A stretch of DNA of 64,000 bases from Armatimonadota bacterium (GTDB lineage: Bacteria; Armatimonadota; UBA10988). Positions 9,194-18,863 of this stretch are shown here, piece by piece. The stretch spans positions 11,286-75,285 of the forward strand of contig JACRKZ010000085.1 of the NCBI GenBank assembly GCA_016235455.1, given 5' to 3'. Both the position numbers and the translations under genes were made by a program. Below the pieces are notes generated by a model that saw only the letters and a list, made by a program, of their open reading frames with translations, did not search any database and was not told the origin of the DNA. Each line of letters opens with the position of its first letter. Position 1 is the first letter of the stretch.

Positions 9194-9311
9194 GTTCGTA
9201 GTTCGGCCCAGAGGCCAATGGCGATTCCACACCAGATCGGCGCCGCCAGCGGCGCGGTGGACTGCCACCGCCGTGTGGGATCGCCATTCGCCCAAGACCG
9301 AAACTACGAAC
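9194..9311. other. 118-nt structured element: about 40-bp imperfect terminal inverted repeat enclosing two small hairpins (candidate ncRNA, leader or MITE)
   Basis: 9194-9203 pairs with 9302-9311; 9204-9206 with 9298-9300; 9217-9232 with 9273-9288; inner hairpins 9241-9254 and 9255-9270. Confidence 0.6.
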
Positions 9312-9329
9312 CCTGAGCGGAGGAAGGCA

Positions 9330-11348
9330 ATGCTGACATTTCGACTGGCGACGTTGTGCCTGGCCGGGGCGCTCCTGGGGGCAGGAGAGGCCGAGGCACA
9401 ACCGCACCGGGCCATGACCCTGACCGAGGCGCTGTCGCCGTATGTCGGCCCGGTGGTCAAGGGCGTCGACACCACGACCGTCGACGGCAAGGTCATGGCC
9501 GGCTACCAGGGCTGGTTCATGGCCAAGGGCGACGGCTATGAGCCGGGCTGGGTGCACTGGGGCGGTGTCGACCAGAACCCGCCGCGGGCCAGCTTCGACC
9601 TGTGGCCCGACATGACGGAGCTACCGCCGAGCGAGCGCTTCGCCAGCGGGTATCGCTATGCCGACGGCACGCGCGGCGAACTGTTCAGCTCCACGGTCAA
9701 GGAGACCGTGCTGCGCCACTTCGAATGGATGAAGCAGTACGGCATCGACGGCGTCTGGGTGCAGCGCTTCACCAGCTGCGTGAGCAACCAGAACGACTGG
9801 AACTATCTGCGCACGACGGCCGTGCTGAGCCATTGCCGCGAGGGCGCCAACCGCACTGGCCGTGCCTTTGCCGTGATGTACGACACCGACTTCGACCGCC
9901 GCGCCATCGACGCCATGAAGTCCGACTGGACGCGGCTGGTGCGCGAGATGAAGCTGCTCGACACGCCTGCCTACATCAAGCATCGCGGCGGCCCGGTCAT
10001 CGCGCTGTGGGGCTACGGCTTCGACCATCGCAAGTTCGACCCGGTGGCCACGCGCGAGTTCTTCGAATGGCTGAAGAAGCCGGAGAACGGCGCCTGCACC
10101 ATCATGCTGGGCATCCCCAACGACTGGGTCGGCTGGACCGACGAGCGTATGACGCTGCTGCGACAGTACGGCCAGATCATCAGCCCCTGGAACGTCGGCC
10201 GTTACGGCACGCTGGACGGCGCGAGCGCCCATGCCAAGCGCTACTGGCCGGCCGATCTGGCGTTCTGCAGGGCGAACGACAAGGACTACTACGCAGTGGC
10301 CTTCCCCGGCTTCTCGTGGACCAACCTGATGAAGGGCAACAGCCCGCTCAACCAGATCCCGCGCCAAGGCGGGCGGTTCCTCTGGCGGCAGATCGAGGAG
10401 ATCCGCCGGTACGGCATGAAGATGGTCTACATCGCCATGTTCGACGAAGTCGACGAGGGCACGGCAGTCTTCAAGGTCACCAACCAGCCGCCGCAGGGCC
10501 GGTTCGGCACCTACGAGGGCCTGCCCAGCGACCACTACCTCAGACTGTGCGGCCTGGCCGGCCGCTATCTACGCGGCGAGGACGTGACCTTCCCCGAGGT
10601 CCAGCCGGACCCGGCGCAGATGACCTATCGGCCGATCCCGCAGTTGGCCTACTACCAGCAGCCGAGCCGGTTCTTGCAAGCCACGCGTGACCGCTGGAAG
10701 CAACTGCTCGACGGCGTGCCCATCGTGCTGCATGACGAGCCTTACAGCGAGTGGATCAGCGACCTCTACAACGCTGGCTCGCTGGACATGCGGCTGTCGA
10801 CCTGGGCTGACATCCTGGCCAAGCCCGACGCGTCAAAGCTGATGGTCTTCGCCGCGGGCAACGAGAGCTTCGGCGCGCCGGACGCACAGGTGCCGGCGAT
10901 CGTCGAACGCGCCAGGCAGCACTTGCGCGGCGGCGGCGTGGTGCTGGTCGCGGGCGGTGGCGGCTATCCGCTGTTCTACCCCGGCGGCAGCACCGAAGCG
11001 GCCAAGTTCGGCTTCCGGCTGCAGATGGTCAACAGCCCCGCGGGCAGCCGCGTGAAGTTCGACCCGGCCCTGGGCACCGACGTTCCGGCGTTCCAGCTCA
11101 AGAGCGCTGGCAGCTCGCGCCTGATGCGAAAGACACAGTACCCGGGAGCGCCGCGTTACGTGTCTCTGGCGCGCGTGGACCTGCCCGACGGCACGGCCAA
11201 CGGTGATGCGCTGGCGGCGGTGCAGCCGGGCGGAGACCTGGGCCAGGGCTGGATCGTCTATGTGGCGGCCGACCTGCTGCAGTGCCCCGACCGCGAGACA
11301 CTGCTCGACGCGCTGCTCAACTGGCTCCGGCCGCGGCTCAACGGCTGA
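9330..11348 (+). CDS. Secreted GH71/99-like glycoside hydrolase with C-terminal extension
   Basis: RBS ggaggaagg then ATG 9330 and signal peptide; GKVMAGYQGWF, HFEWMKQYGIDGVWVQRF, SPWNVGRY, FPGFSW, YIAMFDEVDEGT motifs. Confidence 0.85.
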   Translation: MLTFRLATLCLAGALLGAGEAEAQPHRAMTLTEALSPYVGPVVKGVDTTTVDGKVMAGYQGWFMAKGDGYEPGWVHWGGVDQNPPRASFDLWPDMTELPPSERFASGYRYADGTRGELFSSTVKETVLRHFEWMKQYGIDGVWVQRFTSCVSNQNDWNYLRTTAVLSHCREGANRTGRAFAVMYDTDFDRRAIDAMKSDWTRLVREMKLLDTPAYIKHRGGPVIALWGYGFDHRKFDPVATREFFEWLKKPENGACTIMLGIPNDWVGWTDERMTLLRQYGQIISPWNVGRYGTLDGASAHAKRYWPADLAFCRANDKDYYAVAFPGFSWTNLMKGNSPLNQIPRQGGRFLWRQIEEIRRYGMKMVYIAMFDEVDEGTAVFKVTNQPPQGRFGTYEGLPSDHYLRLCGLAGRYLRGEDVTFPEVQPDPAQMTYRPIPQLAYYQQPSRFLQATRDRWKQLLDGVPIVLHDEPYSEWISDLYNAGSLDMRLSTWADILAKPDASKLMVFAAGNESFGAPDAQVPAIVERARQHLRGGGVVLVAGGGGYPLFYPGGSTEAAKFGFRLQMVNSPAGSRVKFDPALGTDVPAFQLKSAGSSRLMRKTQYPGAPRYVSLARVDLPDGTANGDALAAVQPGGDLGQGWIVYVAADLLQCPDRETLLDALLNWLRPRLNG

Positions 11349-11361
11349 TAAGGACCTATCC

Positions 11362-14300
11362 ATGACCAATTGTCTGCGTTTGGCGGCCTGCCTGTTGTTG
11401 GCCGTGTCGGCTGGATCTGCCGAGCAACTCGTGGTGCGCGACCTGCTGACGGGCACCGCGCCGAACTGGGCCGCCGGCCCGTGGGACACGGCGCCGAGCC
11501 GTTCGTCCGCCACCAATGACCGCCCGGCCGGCGCTGCCGGCCCGGCGGTGGAACTGACCGTGGCCTACACCGGCGGCGGGTTCGAGCATGTCACGCTGGC
11601 GCCGCCGTTCGGGCCGATCCCTGGTCGCATCCGGCGGCTCAGCGTGTGGGCCAAGGCGCTGGCCGCCGACTACGCCTGGATCGTCTCGTTCCAGGACGCC
11701 GAAGGCAAGGACACCGTCGGTGGCAAGAAGCTCGAATGGGGCCTGCGCACCGTGCCCAGCCAATGGGTCAAGTTGGACTTCACCGTACCCGCCGACTGGC
11801 CGCAGCCGCTGAAGCTGGCCGGCTTGACCGGCCACAACTGGGAGAAGCAGAATGCCAAGGCCGAGGCGTCGGTGCGGCTGGCCGGCTTCACGGTAGAGAC
11901 CGACATCGACGGCATCACCGACCCGGCCAAGCTGGTCAGCCTGAGCGCGACCACCGGTGTGCCCAGCAACCTGTTCCAGCCCGACGCGCCCGTGCGCTAC
12001 ACCGTGGTCTGCGATAGCTGGCTGGGCAAGGAGCTTAGTGGCACCCTCGCCTACGAACTGCGCGACGCCGAGGGCAAGGTGGTCGGCAGCGAGTCCCGCC
12101 CGCTGGCCATGCGCGACACGCAGACGGTGCCGCTGGACCTCAAGCCGCCGGGCTTTGGCGCCTACCGACTGCGTCTCTCGGCCAAACTGGGCGACGTCAG
12201 CTTCGAGCGGCAGAGCCGCTTCGCCTACACGCCGGCTCCACCCAAACAGACCTGGGAGCAGAAGGTCGCCGGCCCGTACGGCCTGAACATCCACGGCGGG
12301 CTGGCCGGGATCGACTACCGTGGCATCGCGCGCATGGGCTTCACGTGGGTCCGCGACTACGCGTATAGCTTCGAGTGGATGACCCGCGCGCGCGGCGCTG
12401 ACAGCCGGTATGCCGGCTGGCCCTACTACAACAAGCTCGACGCCGCGGTGCAGGACGCCGGCCTGGTGCTGCTGCCGTGCCTCATGGGTGGCATCGGCCA
12501 GCCGGTCAAGGGCGGGAGACTGGCGCCGGACAAGGCGTGGCGCTCGGACATTCTGCCCATCTTGCTGCGCTTCCCGCAGTATGTGGCCTGGGAGCTGGAC
12601 AACGAGTACGACTACCACAGCGGCCGCGAGGAGGAAGCACGAGGCTGGTCGAGCTACGATGCCTACCATCGTGGGTTCGCCCAGGTGCTCAAGGTGGTCG
12701 ATGACAAGACGCTGGCCGTGGCCCAAGGCCAGGCCGGCGTCCATCCCGACTGGGTGCGCCGCAGCGTGGCCAACCACAGCTTCGACCAGATCGATGTGGT
12801 CAACGCGCATGTCTACACCGGCACCAAGCCGCCCGAGATCGTCACCGAGAACGCCAACGTCGGCCAGGAAGGCGAGGCACCCGGCCTGCTGTACGACGTG
12901 TTCCGGGACTTCGTGTCGGCCTCGCGGTCCGATGGCAAGCAGCGCCAGACCTGGCTGACCGAGTTCGGCTGGGACACGCTGGCGGGCTACATCGTCAACG
13001 AGAAGGAGCAGGCAGCCTACCTGCAGCGCGGCTATGCGCTGGGCCTGCAGGCCGGGCTGGACAAGATGTTCTGGTACTGGCAGCGCGATACTAAGGACAA
13101 GCCGAAGCAGTACTTCGACGGCTGCGGCCTGCTGGACCCGGCCGACGAGCCCAAGCCCGCCGCCGCCGCCATCGCAGCGCTGACCGCCTTCCTGCCCCAT
13201 CCAACGCCGGTGGGCCGCTGCGCCCCGGCGCCGGGCGCCATGGGCCATGTGTTCCGGTCCGCCGACCAGATCGTGGCCATGGTCTTCCGCGTCGAGCCCG
13301 AGGCCGCCGCGCCGACCGTCGACCTGCCCAACGGCAAGCTCTTCGATATGTGGGGCAACCCGCTGACCGAGCGCCGCCAGAAGCTGGACATCACGCCGGT
13401 GTGGATTGTCGGCCTGCCCGAAACAGACGCGCTGTACCGACAGGCCGCCTACGACCTGGCCACGCCGGGCTTCATGCGCGTCACCGCGGGCGATCCCTTG
13501 ACCATCGAGACCAAGGTGACCAACAACCGCACGACGGCCCTGGCTGCGACGCTGGCGGTGAACGCGCCGAAGGGCTGGACGGCTACCGCCGCGCCAGCGG
13601 TGTCGCTCGCGCCGGGCGCCACCCAGACCGCGCCGGTGACCGTCACCATCGACCCGCGCGAGCCGGCCGGACAGAGCGCGGTGATGATCGACATCACCGA
13701 GAACGGCTTGAAGCACCGCCTGACCACGCTGGTCGAGGTGGCGGCCGCGGCCAACCTGAGCGTGTCGCCGTTGAGCGGCGCGCCCGGCGCGGCCAAGGTC
13801 GAAGTCGCCGTGCGCAACAACCGCCGCCGGCCGGCCAGCTTCGAGCTGACCTCGGTGCTGCCCGCCAACTGGAAGATAGAGCCGGCGAAGGCCACCGTGG
13901 CCGATATCGCGCCCGGTGCCACGGCCAAGACGACCTTCACCGTGACCTGGACGCCGAGTTGGACCACCGGTGAGCAGGCGTTGATCAAGGTGGCCACGCC
14001 CGAGGGGCAGGTGGTCTCGAGCGCCGGTCTGCGGCCGGGCACGCTGAGCATCCCGCGGGTGGATGCGCCCAAGCTCGACGGTAATCCAGCGGGCTGGCCG
14101 GCGGCTGCCAAGCTGCCCGACTGGGCCATGGGCCGCGTCGGCAGCGGCACCAAGGGCGATGTCTGGCTGGGCTGGACGCCCGACGGGCTGTGGGTGGCCT
14201 GCCGGGTCGACCCGTCGCCGGTCACGGTGACCGATCCGCGCGCCTTCTGGGCGCAAGACTGCCTGGAGTTGTTCGTCGATACGGCCAACAGCAAGGCCGA

Positions 14301-14652
14301 GCGGGCCAAGTATGTGCCGGGCGACCACCAGTTCTGGCTCTGCCCGCTGGTCGGCGAGAAGCGCGCCTACCTGGGCCAGTGGCAGCGCGGTACGGAGATC
14401 GAGGCCACGCACTGGGACATCCAGGGCATCCGTAGCTTCGCGGGCCGGTCGGGCGGCGGGTACGTGATGGAGGCGCTCATTCCGGCGGCGCAGATCAAGG
14501 GCTTTGCCGGCCAGGCTGGCCGCAAGCTGGGCCTTTGCGCGAACCTGTCGGTGCCGGGCGACACGGGTCGTGGCGAGCTGTACTGGCCGCTGGACAAGGC
14601 CGGCGGCGTGGCTGAGAAGCCGGCGCTGTGGGGTACGGTGGAGCTGCGCTAG
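11362..14652 (+). CDS. Large secreted clan GH-A (GH39/GH5-like) glycosidase with NEW3-like Ig domains and C-terminal CBM9/DOMON-like domain
   Basis: RBS aagga then ATG 11362 and signal peptide; WELDNEYD (acid/base), WLTEFGW (nucleophile), APKGW and LPANW NEW3-like repeats, LDG...W...DCLELFVD. Confidence 0.75.
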   Translation: MTNCLRLAACLLLAVSAGSAEQLVVRDLLTGTAPNWAAGPWDTAPSRSSATNDRPAGAAGPAVELTVAYTGGGFEHVTLAPPFGPIPGRIRRLSVWAKALAADYAWIVSFQDAEGKDTVGGKKLEWGLRTVPSQWVKLDFTVPADWPQPLKLAGLTGHNWEKQNAKAEASVRLAGFTVETDIDGITDPAKLVSLSATTGVPSNLFQPDAPVRYTVVCDSWLGKELSGTLAYELRDAEGKVVGSESRPLAMRDTQTVPLDLKPPGFGAYRLRLSAKLGDVSFERQSRFAYTPAPPKQTWEQKVAGPYGLNIHGGLAGIDYRGIARMGFTWVRDYAYSFEWMTRARGADSRYAGWPYYNKLDAAVQDAGLVLLPCLMGGIGQPVKGGRLAPDKAWRSDILPILLRFPQYVAWELDNEYDYHSGREEEARGWSSYDAYHRGFAQVLKVVDDKTLAVAQGQAGVHPDWVRRSVANHSFDQIDVVNAHVYTGTKPPEIVTENANVGQEGEAPGLLYDVFRDFVSASRSDGKQRQTWLTEFGWDTLAGYIVNEKEQAAYLQRGYALGLQAGLDKMFWYWQRDTKDKPKQYFDGCGLLDPADEPKPAAAAIAALTAFLPHPTPVGRCAPAPGAMGHVFRSADQIVAMVFRVEPEAAAPTVDLPNGKLFDMWGNPLTERRQKLDITPVWIVGLPETDALYRQAAYDLATPGFMRVTAGDPLTIETKVTNNRTTALAATLAVNAPKGWTATAAPAVSLAPGATQTAPVTVTIDPREPAGQSAVMIDITENGLKHRLTTLVEVAAAANLSVSPLSGAPGAAKVEVAVRNNRRRPASFELTSVLPANWKIEPAKATVADIAPGATAKTTFTVTWTPSWTTGEQALIKVATPEGQVVSSAGLRPGTLSIPRVDAPKLDGNPAGWPAAAKLPDWAMGRVGSGTKGDVWLGWTPDGLWVACRVDPSPVTVTDPRAFWAQDCLELFVDTANSKAERAKYVPGDHQFWLCPLVGEKRAYLGQWQRGTEIEATHWDIQGIRSFAGRSGGGYVMEALIPAAQIKGFAGQAGRKLGLCANLSVPGDTGRGELYWPLDKAGGVAEKPALWGTVELR

Positions 14653-14676
14653 GCGTTGAGCATGGAGCGTGAACGC

Positions 14677-15465
14677 ATGAGGACGCGTGGTCTGCTGGCT
14701 GGCGTGGTGATGGTTCTGTCGGCTCGGGCCGGCCTCTGCCAGGCGGCAGTACCGCCGGGAGTAGGGCTGCCGGCGGCGCCCGACGGGCTGGTCTGGAAGC
14801 TGGTCTGGCAAGACGAGTTCGATGGGCCGAAGCTCGATGAGACCAAGTGGGAGACGCCGCCGGATGGCCCACGCCACGACGGATGGTGGATGCGCAAGGC
14901 CGTCTCGGTGGATGGCAACGGGCATTTGGTCATTCAGACGTCGCGCGAGGGTGACAAGATCATCGGTGGCTGCGCGCGCACCAAGGGCAGGTTCGCGCAC
15001 ACCTTCGGCTACTACGAGGCGCGGGTCAAGCTGCCCCATGAGCAGGGACACTGGTCGGCGTTCTGGCTGTTTGAGGGTGTGCACACCACGCCGGACGGCT
15101 GGTACAACGGCTCCGAGATCGACGTCTACGAGAAGTTCTGGCCCAACGATGAGGTCAAGCATACGCTCTACTGGGACCCGGCCGGCGACCACAAGCTCAA
15201 GGAATGGAACCGAATCGAGACGGTGCCTGGCATCCGTGAAGGTTGGCACACCTTTGCGGTATGGCGGAAGCCTGACGAGTACGTGTACTACGTCGACGGT
15301 CGGGAGTCCTGGCGCATCAACCCCGGCGGCATAGCCCAGGTGCCCATGTACATCAAGCTCAGCGACGAGCACGCGGCCTGGTGTAAGGACATCACCAAGG
15401 CGGCTCTACCCGACGAGTTCATGGTCGACCATGTCCGCGTGTATGACCTGGTGGACAAGCCGTAG
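14677..15465 (+). CDS. Secreted glycoside hydrolase family 16
   Basis: WKLVWQDEFDG, FGYYEARVKLP, WSAFWL, catalytic EIDVYE, VDHVRVY; start could be 14662 or 14677. Confidence 0.9.
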   Translation: MRTRGLLAGVVMVLSARAGLCQAAVPPGVGLPAAPDGLVWKLVWQDEFDGPKLDETKWETPPDGPRHDGWWMRKAVSVDGNGHLVIQTSREGDKIIGGCARTKGRFAHTFGYYEARVKLPHEQGHWSAFWLFEGVHTTPDGWYNGSEIDVYEKFWPNDEVKHTLYWDPAGDHKLKEWNRIETVPGIREGWHTFAVWRKPDEYVYYVDGRESWRINPGGIAQVPMYIKLSDEHAAWCKDITKAALPDEFMVDHVRVYDLVDKP

Positions 15466-15490
15466 TCGTGCGGCTTCGCGTCGGCCTGGG

Positions 15491-16207
15491 TCAGGTGCCG
15501 CCCGCTTCGGCGTCCGCCAGAACCACGCAGTCCGCATGCCACTGCAACAGCGACGCGGGGAACTTGGAGCTGATCGGCCCCTTTACCATGCGTTCCAGCG
15601 CCTCACGCTTGTCCGCGCCGCTGACCAGTACCAGGATGCGCGCCGCGCGCATCAGGTCGGCCAGGCCGAGCGTCATGCCGTGCGTCGGCGGCTGGGCCAG
15701 ATGCGCCAGCATGGAGTGCTTCCGCGTCGAAGCGCTGAGTTGGGTGAGGTGCGGCCCGCCGCTGAGCCAACCAGCGGGCTCGTTGAGCCCCAGGTGCCCA
15801 TTGAGCCCGAGGCCCAGCAGGCAGAGGTCGGTATCGCCTCGCTCGGCCAGCGCCACAGCCACGCGCGCACACTCGGCCAGCGGGTCTTCGGCGGCGCTGT
15901 CAAAGCCCAGCCACTGCTCGGACCTCAGGCCCAGCGGCGTGGCCAGATGCTCGCGCAGGTCGTTCAAGCAAGTGCCCGGGTCGTCGGGCAGCAGGCCGTA
16001 CCACTCGTCGAGCTGGGTGAAGCGCGCCTGCTCGAAGCTGATCAGGCCAGCGGTCGCGCGACGGGTCAGCTCCGCATAGAGCGGCCGCGGGCTACGCCCG
16101 GCGGGCAGGCAGAAGTGCGCGGTCGGCTTGGCGGCCAGCAGTTCCGCCACCATGTCGGCCGCCTGCTGGGCGATGGCGTCAGCGTCGGGCACAATGCGCA
16201 GGTCCAT
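15491..16207 (-). CDS. nagB: Glucosamine/galactosamine-6-phosphate deaminase-isomerase (NagB family)
   Basis: LPAGRSP, QLDEWYGL, LLGLGLNGHLGLNEP, GMTLGL, PASLLQWH motifs; ATG 16207. Confidence 0.8.
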   Translation of the reverse strand: MDLRIVPDADAIAQQAADMVAELLAAKPTAHFCLPAGRSPRPLYAELTRRATAGLISFEQARFTQLDEWYGLLPDDPGTCLNDLREHLATPLGLRSEQWLGFDSAAEDPLAECARVAVALAERGDTDLCLLGLGLNGHLGLNEPAGWLSGGPHLTQLSASTRKHSMLAHLAQPPTHGMTLGLADLMRAARILVLVSGADKREALERMVKGPISSKFPASLLQWHADCVVLADAEAGGT

Positions 16208-16209
16208 GT

Positions 16210-17496
16210 TCACTCCAAGGTGGGCAGGTAGGCGGCTTGCAGCGACAGCATGTCGTCCATCAACGCCCGCGAAGCCGCGATGCCAGGCGTACACGGATCC
16301 AGCAGCAACGCCTGCAACAGCGGCAAGCGCCGGCGCGTGGCGTAGGCCTCGGTGACCAGCGCGGTGATCTGGCACTGAAGCGTCAGCGCGGCGGCAAAGG
16401 CGTCGGGCAGCGCACCGACGGGAACCGGGTGGACGCCGGACCGGTCCACCAGCGCCGGCACCTCCACCGCCGCCCAGACGGGCAGGTTGCCGATCAGCGG
16501 GCCGCCGTTGAGCACATTCACCGCCGACAGCCGCGTCGGCTCGGTGCGGCCGAGCGCGGCGATGCACGGCACCGCCAATTCACCGCTGGGCCGCAGCAAG
16601 GGCTCGGATGGGCCGGCACCACGTAGATACAGGTCCACCGGCGACTCGCTCGCCGCCTCGGCGCCCACGGCGCGGCTCTCGACGCCGTACGACCATTTGC
16701 GCCCGTGGAACTCGGCGCCGAAGGCGAAGTACTCGCCGATGTGGTCGTCGGAGGGGAAGGTGACCACCTCGAAGGCGCGGGCGAACTCGCGGAACAGCGG
16801 CGGCACGTCCAGCGGCTCGTCGGACTGTAGCCGCGCCAGCAGCGCCGGGAGGTGCTCCGTGCCGTCGCGCTTGTCCTTGACGCTCAGCGCGCAGTACGCA
16901 TGGTTCAGCCCGGCCGAGGTGAGTTCCAGGTGTTCCGGCGGCACGCCGGTCAGCCGGGCGGCCAACTGCTCCAGCGAGAAGACGCCATGGCACAAGCCCA
17001 GCGCGCGCACCCCGGTCAGGTGCGACACGGCATGGAGCACGCGCGCCTCGGGGTTGGTAAAGTTGAGCAGCAGTGCGTCGGGACACAAGGCCTCGATGTC
17101 GCGGCAGATGGGGATCATCAGGTGCAGGCTACGCAGCGCGTGGAACGCCGCGCCCGGCCCGCCGTTCTCGCCCAGGATGTGGTTCACGCCGTGCGCCTGG
17201 GGCACGCGGAAGTCCTGCTCCCACAGCGGCATGCGCCGCACGGAGACGGCGGTGATGACGTAATCGGAGCCGGGCAGAGCCGCGCGCCGGTCCGTGTGGC
17301 CAGTGACCGTCAGCGGCCGGCCGACCTCGGCGCTGAGCTTGTCGGCCAAGGCGGTCATGCGCCCCAGGGCGTCAGCGGCGGTGTCCACCAGACACAGCTC
17401 GACCTGGCCCAGACCGCGCGCTGACGGAGTGAGCAGATCGGCGATGATGCCGCGCCCGAAGCTGCCGCTGCCCGCGCCGATGACCGTGATCTTCAT
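16210..17496 (-). CDS. Glycoside hydrolase family 4 (NAD+/Mn2+-dependent alpha-galactosidase/glucosidase)
   Basis: MKITVIGAGSGSF, GENGGPG, LLNFTNP, GLCHG, AGLNH, HIGEY, AAVEVP motifs. Confidence 0.9.
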   Translation of the reverse strand: MKITVIGAGSGSFGRGIIADLLTPSARGLGQVELCLVDTAADALGRMTALADKLSAEVGRPLTVTGHTDRRAALPGSDYVITAVSVRRMPLWEQDFRVPQAHGVNHILGENGGPGAAFHALRSLHLMIPICRDIEALCPDALLLNFTNPEARVLHAVSHLTGVRALGLCHGVFSLEQLAARLTGVPPEHLELTSAGLNHAYCALSVKDKRDGTEHLPALLARLQSDEPLDVPPLFREFARAFEVVTFPSDDHIGEYFAFGAEFHGRKWSYGVESRAVGAEAASESPVDLYLRGAGPSEPLLRPSGELAVPCIAALGRTEPTRLSAVNVLNGGPLIGNLPVWAAVEVPALVDRSGVHPVPVGALPDAFAAALTLQCQITALVTEAYATRRRLPLLQALLLDPCTPGIAASRALMDDMLSLQAAYLPTLE

Positions 17497-17553
17497 GACG
17501 TCGCTCCGCTGGGCCAACGCGTTGCAGGGCTCCCTGTCAGGAGACACACCGCC

Positions 17554-17973
17554 GTGGACCCAAGCACCAAGGACTATGTCGCCATTGTACAGTGTCACAT
17601 CGTCAAGCAGCGCTGCGCCGGCTACTTCTGCGAGCAGGCCCTGCAACAGCGCACCGGCGGGTTCGCCGCGTACCCCGCCGACCGCACCTACCGCCATGTG
17701 ATGATCGATTGTGGCGGGTGCTGCGGGCGCGGCCTGCAACGCAAGCTGGCCAATCTGGTCCATCAACTCGAGAAGCAGGAAGGCATCACCCGCGACCGCG
17801 TGGCCGTCCAGCTCTCGTCGTGCATCACCAAGGACAGCCACCATGGCCCGCCTTGCCCGCACCTGGACTACCTCAAGACGCTCATCGCGCGGATGAACCT
17901 GGAGGTCGGCGAGGATACGCGCATCTCGCGCCTGACCGAGAGCCGGCGCGAGTCGGGCGAGTACCAGGCGTAG
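17554..17973 (+). CDS. CGGC domain-containing Cys-rich metal-binding protein
   Basis: C-x6-C-x4-C ... CGGCCG ... SSC ... PPCPH; RBS aggag; GTG start. Confidence 0.85.
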   Translation: MDPSTKDYVAIVQCHIVKQRCAGYFCEQALQQRTGGFAAYPADRTYRHVMIDCGGCCGRGLQRKLANLVHQLEKQEGITRDRVAVQLSSCITKDSHHGPPCPHLDYLKTLIARMNLEVGEDTRISRLTESRRESGEYQA

Positions 17974-17990
17974 ACCGGCGTTCGGCGGCG

Positions 17991-18019
17991 TGGCCAGTGG
18001 TCGGCCGGCCGGCTAGAAT
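17991..18019 (+). promoter_or_regulatory. sigma70-type promoter TGGCCA-N17-TAGAAT
   Basis: Good -10 and 17-nt spacer upstream of RBS ggagg and ATG 18044. Confidence 0.45.
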
Positions 18020-18043
18020 GGCGTGATAGCGGAGGTCCACCCG

Positions 18044-18847
18044 ATGCGCACGTTGTTCTACTGCCTGCTGCTGGCCACGCCCTTGTGGTCGGCCGAGCCG
18101 TACTTCGCCGAGAGCTTCGACGACACGAAGCTGAATGACCGTGGCTGGTACGACGGCGAACGGTACGTGTTGGGCAAGGAGCCCTTCGCCGGTGCCGGGT
18201 GCATCGAGTTCCACTGGCGCGCCGGCGACACCAAACCCGAGTACAGCCAGGGCGCCCGCCACGCCATCCCGCCCACGGACACGGTCTATGTGCGCTACTA
18301 CCAGCGCCTGTCGCCCGGCTGGGGCTGGACCGGCGTGAACTACCACCCGCACCTGATGCTGCTGATGACCACCGAGAACGGCGCCTGGGACGGGCCAGCC
18401 GCCACCCACCTGACCACCTACATTGAGCCTGTAAACGGACTGCTGCGTCTGGCGGCGCAGGACATCCAGAATCAGGATGCGCCGCACGGCCTGACCCAAG
18501 GAGAGCTCCGTGGCGGTTACAACGGAACGCTGTACGACAGCCAGGAGAAGGTCTTTGCCGACGCCAAGTGGCATCTGGTGGAGGCCATGTTCCGTCTGAA
18601 CACGGTGGACGCGGCGGCTGGCACCTGGCAGCGTAACGGCGAACTGCGGGCCTGGCTGGACGGCAAGCTGCTCGTCGAACGCACCGACGCGGTCTTCCGC
18701 TCGGCGGACTTCCCCAACATGCGCTTCAACCAGTTCCTGATGCTGCCCTACTTCGGCGAGGGTCTGCTGCCTCACGCGCAGACGCTGTGGATCGACGAAC
18801 TGGCCGTGGGCCCGGAACGACTGGGCCCGGCCAGGCACCCGAACTGA
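18044..18847 (+). CDS. Secreted hypothetical protein, ConA/polysaccharide-lyase-like beta-sandwich
   Basis: Signal peptide; ESFDD, VYVRYY, WHLVEAMFRLNT, NGELRAWLDG, WIDEL patterns. Confidence 0.65.
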   Translation: MRTLFYCLLLATPLWSAEPYFAESFDDTKLNDRGWYDGERYVLGKEPFAGAGCIEFHWRAGDTKPEYSQGARHAIPPTDTVYVRYYQRLSPGWGWTGVNYHPHLMLLMTTENGAWDGPAATHLTTYIEPVNGLLRLAAQDIQNQDAPHGLTQGELRGGYNGTLYDSQEKVFADAKWHLVEAMFRLNTVDAAAGTWQRNGELRAWLDGKLLVERTDAVFRSADFPNMRFNQFLMLPYFGEGLLPHAQTLWIDELAVGPERLGPARHPN

Positions 18848-18863
18848 GCTGGCCGCGGCCCGG

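Noticed and set aside
9240-9290. Cobalamin riboswitch, tRNA or SRP interpretation of the structured element
   Set aside because: No B12-box/GGGAA core, no T-loop/acceptor/anticodon layout, and no SRP GGAA/AGCAG motif.
11356-15372. 1338-aa minus-strand ORF
   Set aside because: Antisense shadow of the clan GH-A and GH16 genes; no recognisable motifs; expected from high-GC codon bias.
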